Positions 49,445 to 55,650 of a stretch of DNA of 55,650 bases are shown here, in pieces. Under the pieces are notes generated by a model. It was not told the origin of the DNA and made no database searches. It saw nothing but the letters and a program-made list of their open reading frames with translations. Source of the DNA: Prorocentrum cordatum (taxonomy: Eukaryota). The translations under genes were made by a program, and so were the position numbers. Every line of letters starts with the position of its first letter. Positions within the stretch are counted from its first letter, which is position 1. Location: contig CAUYUJ010000145.1 of assembly GCA_963575745.1 (NCBI GenBank), positions 62,001 through 117,650 on the forward strand, written 5' to 3'.

Positions 49445-49774
49445 CTCATCCGTCGGTCGGAAGAAGTAGGCAGAAACATAAAGTAGGAAGGCGTTGAAGG
49501 AGATTGGGCGTCCGCCCGCCCCCCTGAAGAGGAGGCAAGAGGTAAAACCGATCGACTCTTGAAGTAGGACGGCGGCCAACGTAGATTGGGATCCGAAAAT
49601 CCAAAAGAAACTAAAATCACCGACCGGCGGGTAAACTGTCGGGGGTCCGCGCGGAGTTCTTGGGTCGGCGCTGGGCCCACGAGATCCGCGCGGACCTCCG
49701 AACGTTGACGCCAGTGTAGCCGGCGCTCCTCGAGACGAGGACGGGGGGGTGCTAGTTAGTAGAGGTGCCCCTGG

Positions 49775-50109
49775 CCTAGGATGAGGTGGGGCATGTCCCC
49801 CTTCAGGCGGGTTTTGGACGATAATTCAAAAATGCCCTAAAAATATTCGCGAAAGTGGCCAAACATAGTCGATAAATCGTCCCCAGACTATGTTTGTACT
49901 ATTTTTGAATAAGGTGGAGACTTTAAGATAAGGATGCCTTCGATAAGGAACCCAAAGTCTCGCGACCGATGGGCGGCCGAACGTGGGCCACCCACCTCGC
50001 CTTGGAACAATAAAGAATGCAACAGGGTCTGGGCCCCAGGAAGACATTCCTTATCCAATGCCGCGACCGTATTCCTCCTGTTGAGGGAGAGGCCCGACTT
50101 AAGCCTAGG
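49775..50109. mobile_element. MITE-like element, GTCCCCAGACT family, copy 3, with a ~160-bp nested insertion (49911-50070)
   Basis: Same TIRs and core; the insert has its own IR gataaggatgccttc / gaagacattccttatc. Confidence 0.7.
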
Positions 50110-50647
50110 ATATCCTAAGCCTGCCGCTCAATTTTTTTAAGCCCCCCAGGGCCCTCCTTGCCTCGCGAGGGGTGCCCTGGAGGCTACGAGGGGGTCTCCT
50201 CCTCCTCCTCCTCTTCCTCCTCCTCCTCCTCCTCATCCTCATCCTCACCCTCATCCTCATCCTCCTCCTCCTCCTCCTCCTCATAGCCGCGCGGCCCAGG
50301 TGGACATGCACCAGCGGCCGCTCGGCAGGCGGGGGAGGCCTCGGGAACCCCGACTTCGAGGCTGGCCCCCACCCGCCCCGATATCGCACTCACCCTTCAC
50401 TCCACATTTCTGCTTCACATCATTCTTGTTTCTTCTCGCGCTGCTCGTCTGGGCCCTCACGTCGGCCTGCTTCGTGGGCCAGGACCTCAGCGAGCCAGAC
50501 TGGATCGTCTGCTGCACAGAGGCGGCGCTCGGCAACTCTGGTCTGCTCGTCAGCATTACAGAGAGAGCGTCGGCTGTCAGCGGAGCGAGATTACATCAGC
50601 AGACGGCGTGTCAGGCTGTCAGCGGAGCGATTACATCAGCAGACGTG

Positions 50648-53600
50648 ATGCGAATCTTGGTGTGGAATCCACTTTCCGTTTCTGATCGAGATCGTGAGTT
50701 AGAGATTCTGTATGCCTTCAAATCTTTTGACGTACTTGTGCTCATCGGGACTCAACGCAAGTGTTCCCCGAGCGCTCCGTATCATGTGGAAGATCTCCCT
50801 GGGTTCAAAGTGGTCCATTGTGGGTGGTCTGCTAAAGGAGCGCTGACTAACTGTTCTTGTGGCATTGCTTTTTACTTGAACAAAAACACTGTACGTGCAC
50901 GTGATGTAGTTCGCATCTGGACTGCACCGCCTGACATTCGTGGACGCGCAGCAGCAATACGAGTAAAATCGTTATATGGTGATCTTTCGGTGGTGGCGTT
51001 GTACTACCCTCCTCGGTCTCGAGATCCACGCGAGCAGCAGCAGTTATCGACGACGATTTCACGTGTGACGGACTTTGGGCATCATGTGCTGTCATCTCTT
51101 CCGTGTCGTACGTTTCCTGTTGTGGCTACTGATCTTAATGACGGTATCGGGCTCGTGGGTGGTAAGCACGGTCACGTGATGGTCGAGAGCAAGGCCCTGG
51201 GGCCTTACGGAAGGGGAGTCGAACACCAGGCTGGGGGACTCATGAGAGAACTGGCTGAGACGTACGAGCTGTCGGTTTTAGATACTGTTTTCAGTGGAGG
51301 GCCTAGTTATTATGGGGTACCTACGAAGTCGACGACGACGGATCGGACTCCCTCGACTTCCCCACCTTCGGCGACGGCGGCTCGTCTGTTTGCAGCGTCA
51401 GGGAAAGCTAAGCAGCAGAGTTGTTCATGGATCGATCATGTTCTGATACCGTCGTCACACGTGCCGAGTGTACGACGATTCACCCAACCTTTTCGGACGG
51501 CACGCCGACTTCAGGCCATTCCTGACAGCCGGCCTCGAGATCATGTACCATTCATTCTTGAGATTGATTTACGTCCGTGTCATGTCGATCGTGAGGAGCG
51601 GAAAAGGTGGGACTTCGTGGGGCTCGGACAGGCACTTCGTAGTGAGTTCCATGCTGATGCCTTTCGCCAGTCAGTGGAACGCGCGATCGGCGAGGTTCTT
51701 GAGGCAAAGGGATGTGTCTCAGTTGAGCAGCTTGTCCAAGATGCTGAGTCTCTAGAGGCTGCTTGGCACGAACTAGTCGACCTCCTTCAGCGTCAGGGTT
51801 TAAGCATGTTCGAAGCAAGTCCCAGGGCCCTTCCTGCTGCTTATCAGGAGCTAGCTCGTGAGCGCGTTCGGCTTCTTAGGTTGCGTGGACAGGCTCGGGC
51901 TGCGGTTACGGACAATTTAGAAGATGTTCTAGCTCTGTCGCGTCTGACCCGTCTGTGTCGTGGGCTGCGGAGGCGTCTTCGTCAGCAGCGTGAGGCTCAG
52001 CTTGCAGAAGAACTTGCAGATGCTCACGCACGGGGCCTCATGTCTGAGGAGTGGCGGATCTGTCGACTCATGGCTGGAGCTGGGGTAGGTCCGAGACGGC
52101 GTAGGTTTGGACACATAGCTGCCTATACCCCGAGCATGCAGGAGTGGGTGGAGGATTTGGCGATGCCGTCGAGCAGTGGGGGAATGTCTGCGAAGCCGAT
52201 CGACGGGGATAAGTTTTTGGAGCTTGCGTCGAAATACGACACGGCGGATTTTCCGACGACCGAGGAGGTGGAGTGGGGGAGGGCTGATCTGGACAGAATT
52301 TCCAAGGGGTTCCGCACTGCTCGTCGTCGTCGCGCCGCGGTACCGTGGAGCGTGCCGAACGAGGTATGGTCGTTACTTCTTTCTCAGCGCCCTGAGGGGC
52401 CAGATCGTGTTGCTGGACTCGGGGCCCCCCAACCTCGAGGACGGGGTGAGCTAGTTGCGCGGTGGGTAGCAGCCATACTAACTAAAGTTCGACAGCATGG
52501 CCGTTTAGTGGCCCAGTGGAATCAGTCATTCACGTACCAACTGCCCAAGGACAATGGGAAACTGCGGACCCTGGGAACCCGCCTTCTACATGGGTTATGT
52601 TCTTTTGGTAAAATGTGGGTGAAGACGGCCTCCAGACGGGCCAGGGACATCCCCTACCACGACTACGGATATTTACCTCGGCGATCGCGTACGGGAGCTG
52701 TGAGGGCCACTGCCGCCCTAACCTGGAGGGCCCAACGGGGCCGACTGTCTACGGTGGATACCAAACATGATATGCGAAATGCGTTCGGGTCTGTTCAACA
52801 CAATACACTGGATGCTGCTGTTGCTCGTATATATGATCCTGCTGATGCTGACATCCTTCGTCAGCGCCATCGTGCTGCTTGCTTCATGGTGTGTGCTGAG
52901 GGGGAATCGAAGGTCTTTCAGAACTCTGAGGGGAACTACATGGGGGACTCAAATGCGGCCACCGTTTTCCAGGAGGCGTTCGCGCCGCCGATCCGTGCCT
53001 GGCAGGAGGCGCACCACAGCGACCAGGCCAGCCAGCTGCAGGGAGTGTGTACCATCTCGGGGACACGCTGCGATTTGTCTCTGAGAATTTTCGCTGACGA
53101 CGTCAATAAGACCCACGTCGTCCAGGATCTTACCAGTGCACGTCGTATCATTTACAAGTCTGACAGACTGTTGAACTCTCAGCTGTCGCCTCACGGGATC
53201 TACCAGAGTGATGGGAAAAAGCAAGTTCTGCCACACTACGTCGGGCATGGTGCCAACCGCTTCACACGAGCAGCGTTTCAGGCTGGGGATAATCTACCAG
53301 GGCTCGTCCTGCCTGTGGTGCCGTTCCTGGGTACTTTGTTCGAGTCTTCGGGTTCCTGGAGCTCCGAGGTGTCTGCTCGCTGTGCCGCTGTTGTCAGAGG
53401 GTGGGCCCACATGAGACGCTTCTGGACGGAATGTACGGCCTGGCGTTCGAAGAAAATGGCTTTTCGTAGCAACGTGATCGGGGCGGCGGTGTCTGGACTC
53501 ACGGCCGTGGTGCTCTCAGAGTCTCAAGAGGCCCGATTGGACTCCATCGTTCTTAAGTACCTGAAGGTGTTGCTGGGGGGCGTTGCTGTTAAGGTTCCGA

Positions 53601-54184
53601 TGGTCGCGGCTGACGGGTCCGAGCATGTTGTGATCCGAACCCCTCCGGCCATCCAGATCTGGAAACGTGCGGGTCTTGTTCCGATTCCCTTGGAGCTACG
53701 GGTTCAGAGACTTAAGGAGTGGCAGAAGGTGGCGAGGTCCCCCGTCTGGCACGTCCAGCAGCTCACTGCGGTCTTTGGGAAGCTCGACTTTGAGGCCCCG
53801 ACGCCGTCGCCCTTCGAGTGGTTTCCCTCGGCTCAGGTTCACCTCCAGGACACGTCGAAGACCAATCCGTGGGCCCGTCAGTTTTTTCGGGACCTCGAGT
53901 ACCTCGGGCACACGGAGGAGGGGAGGAATGTCTTGGAGTTGACGGGCGGGGACTACCTAAACGTGTTCAGAAATGACCAGGATGCGTTTCATGCGTTTCA
54001 GAAGTTCGATGTCCAGCAGCTGAGGGCCGAATGGCTCCTTCGTGAGGTTCCTGTTGCCGAGGCCCCTCCTGACCCAGGTGAGCTCGCTGCGGGCGATCAC
54101 GTCTGCACCCTGCTTACGGGAGACGGGCTTTCATGCGATCGTCGCTTTCAAACTCGTCGTGCGCTTCTTGCTCACCAGCGCTAG
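50648..54184 (+). CDS. LINE-B APE endonuclease + reverse transcriptase; continues in frame past a TAG into C2H2 fingers (to ~54450)
   Basis: APE: LVWNP, LIGTQ, LYYP, TDLN, WIDHV, DHVP; RT: LPKDNGK, HDMRNAFGSV, GNYMGD, FADD; fingers C..C.RRF..RRALLAHQR, CIAC..F..H, CPQC..F..LQRHVVSH. Confidence 0.9.
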   Translation: MRILVWNPLSVSDRDRELEILYAFKSFDVLVLIGTQRKCSPSAPYHVEDLPGFKVVHCGWSAKGALTNCSCGIAFYLNKNTVRARDVVRIWTAPPDIRGRAAAIRVKSLYGDLSVVALYYPPRSRDPREQQQLSTTISRVTDFGHHVLSSLPCRTFPVVATDLNDGIGLVGGKHGHVMVESKALGPYGRGVEHQAGGLMRELAETYELSVLDTVFSGGPSYYGVPTKSTTTDRTPSTSPPSATAARLFAASGKAKQQSCSWIDHVLIPSSHVPSVRRFTQPFRTARRLQAIPDSRPRDHVPFILEIDLRPCHVDREERKRWDFVGLGQALRSEFHADAFRQSVERAIGEVLEAKGCVSVEQLVQDAESLEAAWHELVDLLQRQGLSMFEASPRALPAAYQELARERVRLLRLRGQARAAVTDNLEDVLALSRLTRLCRGLRRRLRQQREAQLAEELADAHARGLMSEEWRICRLMAGAGVGPRRRRFGHIAAYTPSMQEWVEDLAMPSSSGGMSAKPIDGDKFLELASKYDTADFPTTEEVEWGRADLDRISKGFRTARRRRAAVPWSVPNEVWSLLLSQRPEGPDRVAGLGAPQPRGRGELVARWVAAILTKVRQHGRLVAQWNQSFTYQLPKDNGKLRTLGTRLLHGLCSFGKMWVKTASRRARDIPYHDYGYLPRRSRTGAVRATAALTWRAQRGRLSTVDTKHDMRNAFGSVQHNTLDAAVARIYDPADADILRQRHRAACFMVCAEGESKVFQNSEGNYMGDSNAATVFQEAFAPPIRAWQEAHHSDQASQLQGVCTISGTRCDLSLRIFADDVNKTHVVQDLTSARRIIYKSDRLLNSQLSPHGIYQSDGKKQVLPHYVGHGANRFTRAAFQAGDNLPGLVLPVVPFLGTLFESSGSWSSEVSARCAAVVRGWAHMRRFWTECTAWRSKKMAFRSNVIGAAVSGLTAVVLSESQEARLDSIVLKYLKVLLGGVAVKVPMVAADGSEHVVIRTPPAIQIWKRAGLVPIPLELRVQRLKEWQKVARSPVWHVQQLTAVFGKLDFEAPTPSPFEWFPSAQVHLQDTSKTNPWARQFFRDLEYLGHTEEGRNVLELTGGDYLNVFRNDQDAFHAFQKFDVQQLRAEWLLREVPVAEAPPDPGELAAGDHVCTLLTGDGLSCDRRFQTRRALLAHQR

Positions 54185-54473
54185 GCCTCGGGTGGCCAAC
54201 ACGGGGTCCCTTCGCTGGTCTCTAAGCTCGTGGTTACGAATCAATGTATCGCTTGTTCGTCGACCTTTCGATGCCGTGACACCGCTGTTCGACACCTCGT
54301 GAATGCGTACCAGTATGGGCGTTGCCGCGTGGACTCTTCGAAGTATGATCCTCCGATTGTGGGCCCAGATATCAGGATATGTCCCCAATGTCAGGAGCCG
54401 TTTGAGTCTCTCGAGCAGTTGCAGAGGCACGTAGTCTCACACTTGCCACTTCCACTACCAGAGTTTGTGTGGT

Positions 54474-55196
54474 ATGTTCTCGGCGGTCCCTGCTGCGAGC
54501 TCGTCCGTCGTGAGCGAGTCCAGCAGGCGTCGGCCTCCACCTGCGTCCGAGGGACGAGGAGACCGCGTGGCGAAGAAGGGCGCGCAGCGGCAGGGGAAGC
54601 AGCGCGTGCCCAAGGAAGAGCTCGAACAGCTGGAGACGCTAGAGTTGGAGCAGATCAAGCGTATCGTTCCAGTGGTCATGAAATTGTTGCTAAATGTGAC
54701 GATGAGGCAGCGGCAGTCAGAAGCAGTCTTGCTGGTCACGCTGGTGATGCCAGAGAATGCGATCCCCGTTCAGAGGAGCAGGGCACGCGTCAAGGCGTGG
54801 GTGGAGTCCGCTCAAGACCTTCGCGCCCGACAGAAGGAAGAAGACATCGCCCAGACGGGCACCATCTCCCTCGCGTGCTTGGTCGGCCTGACGGAGGGGT
54901 GCACAGAGGCGGGCCAGTCGGTAGGCGCCGCCAATGCAGGCAAGCTCGCAGCGTGGCGCCAGGAGGTGTCAGCGCTGAGCCTGCCCGAGGTCTCGCAGAA
55001 GTACCCGTTCGCCAAGGTGCAGACAGCCCACAAGAGCGACACCGTCAAGATCTTGATGACAGCGGATCCTTCCTTGCACGTGTTAATCGACTGCTTGGTG
55101 CAGCTGGGGGCGGAGAAAAAGGTCGGGGTGGCGCCGATGAACCATATGGAGCGGGTGCTACAATCGTTTCTGATGGACGGCGAGATGGACGCATAA
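54474..55196 (+). CDS. Uncharacterised 240-aa helical protein encoded downstream of RT in LINE-B
   Basis: Intact ATG-TAA ORF with GC3-rich codons, basic N-terminus, C-terminal GVAPMNHMERVLQ; decayed homologue at 600-1140 (-). Confidence 0.75.
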   Translation: MFSAVPAASSSVVSESSRRRPPPASEGRGDRVAKKGAQRQGKQRVPKEELEQLETLELEQIKRIVPVVMKLLLNVTMRQRQSEAVLLVTLVMPENAIPVQRSRARVKAWVESAQDLRARQKEEDIAQTGTISLACLVGLTEGCTEAGQSVGAANAGKLAAWRQEVSALSLPEVSQKYPFAKVQTAHKSDTVKILMTADPSLHVLIDCLVQLGAEKKVGVAPMNHMERVLQSFLMDGEMDA

Positions 55197-55650
55197 ATGT
55201 TCATGGTGAGAAGTTCGATTGCAGCCGCAGGACACGAACATTTGCTTCCCGCCGAAATTTGCCCCGCCAGATTTTGCCTCCCGCGCGGCTGCCGCCATCG
55301 CCATCATTATCATCAGCATTCGACTCGAATGATGAAGCTTCTGCGACGGCATCTGCTCGTCCTCCCTTGTCACGATGTACTGCGACGTCCAGCGACGTGA
55401 GGGTGCGTGCATCGTGTGCTTCGAGGGCGTCGGGAACTCAGACTTCGGGGTCCTTGAGGGCGAGGCGTGAGGCTCGCCCGCCTGCCGCCGCTGAGGCCGC
55501 CGTTTCTTCCTCTCCTCCTCCTCCTCCTCCTCCTTCTAAACGGGCTAGGAAGCACCAGGACGCTGTTCGGGTTTTTCGGAGTGCGGGCTTCGGCGAGAGC
55601 CTGTCGGGGTCCGCGGCCCGTCTCCTGGGGTACAGTGTGTAGTGCGTGTT

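Larger units (their letters stand above)
50283..55320 (+). mobile_element. LINE-B: non-LTR retrotransposon APE-RT-3xC2H2 plus a downstream ORF (ends approximate)
   Basis: See the CDS features; follows a (TCC)n tract; (CAT)n-like run at ~55296-55319. Confidence 0.85.

Noticed and set aside
50300..50647. Hydrophobic N-terminal extension of the LINE-B ORF
   Set aside because: Needs a GTG start and includes a local duplication; the APE fold begins at ATG 50648
54500..55642. Long Arg/Gly/Ser-rich C-terminal extension of the LINE-B RT frame as a real domain
   Set aside because: Composition looks like the shadow frame of the GC3-rich downstream ORF, and it runs into flanking repeats

Overview
Eukaryotic, GC-rich and repeat-dominated DNA with one 100-N gap. 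It is most likely dinoflagellate (Prorocentrum-like); this is inferred from a spliced-leader-like relict, the PPR repeat style and the retroelement types. The window holds two nearly intact APE-RT non-LTR retrotransposons. LINE-A (5808-12302) has a RanBP2 finger, coiled coil, APE, RT, zf-RVT and RNase H in one frame, starts with an SL-like 18-mer and sits in a (TCC)n tract. LINE-B (~50283-55320) has APE, RT and three C2H2 fingers followed by a separate 240-aa ORF downstream of RT; a decayed relative with the same layout lies at ~600-1560 (-). There is also a full-length decayed Copia element (20245-26073, 131-bp LTRs, TTAAG TSD, tRNA-iMet PBS, membrane-type tail after RNase H), a degenerate PPR array, and one probable host gene encoding a secreted protein (PAN-like, PTPA stalk, GDPH/VWD-like) split by a 73-bp satellite. 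The rest is microsatellites and non-autonomous elements: three Helentron/HINE-like copies ending in a GCGAAGC minihairpin, a MITE-like family with a conserved GTCCCCAGACT core, and a 3-kb nested foldback. Decayed repeats show an apparent T>C/A>G substitution bias. All calls are by eye; no database searches were run.
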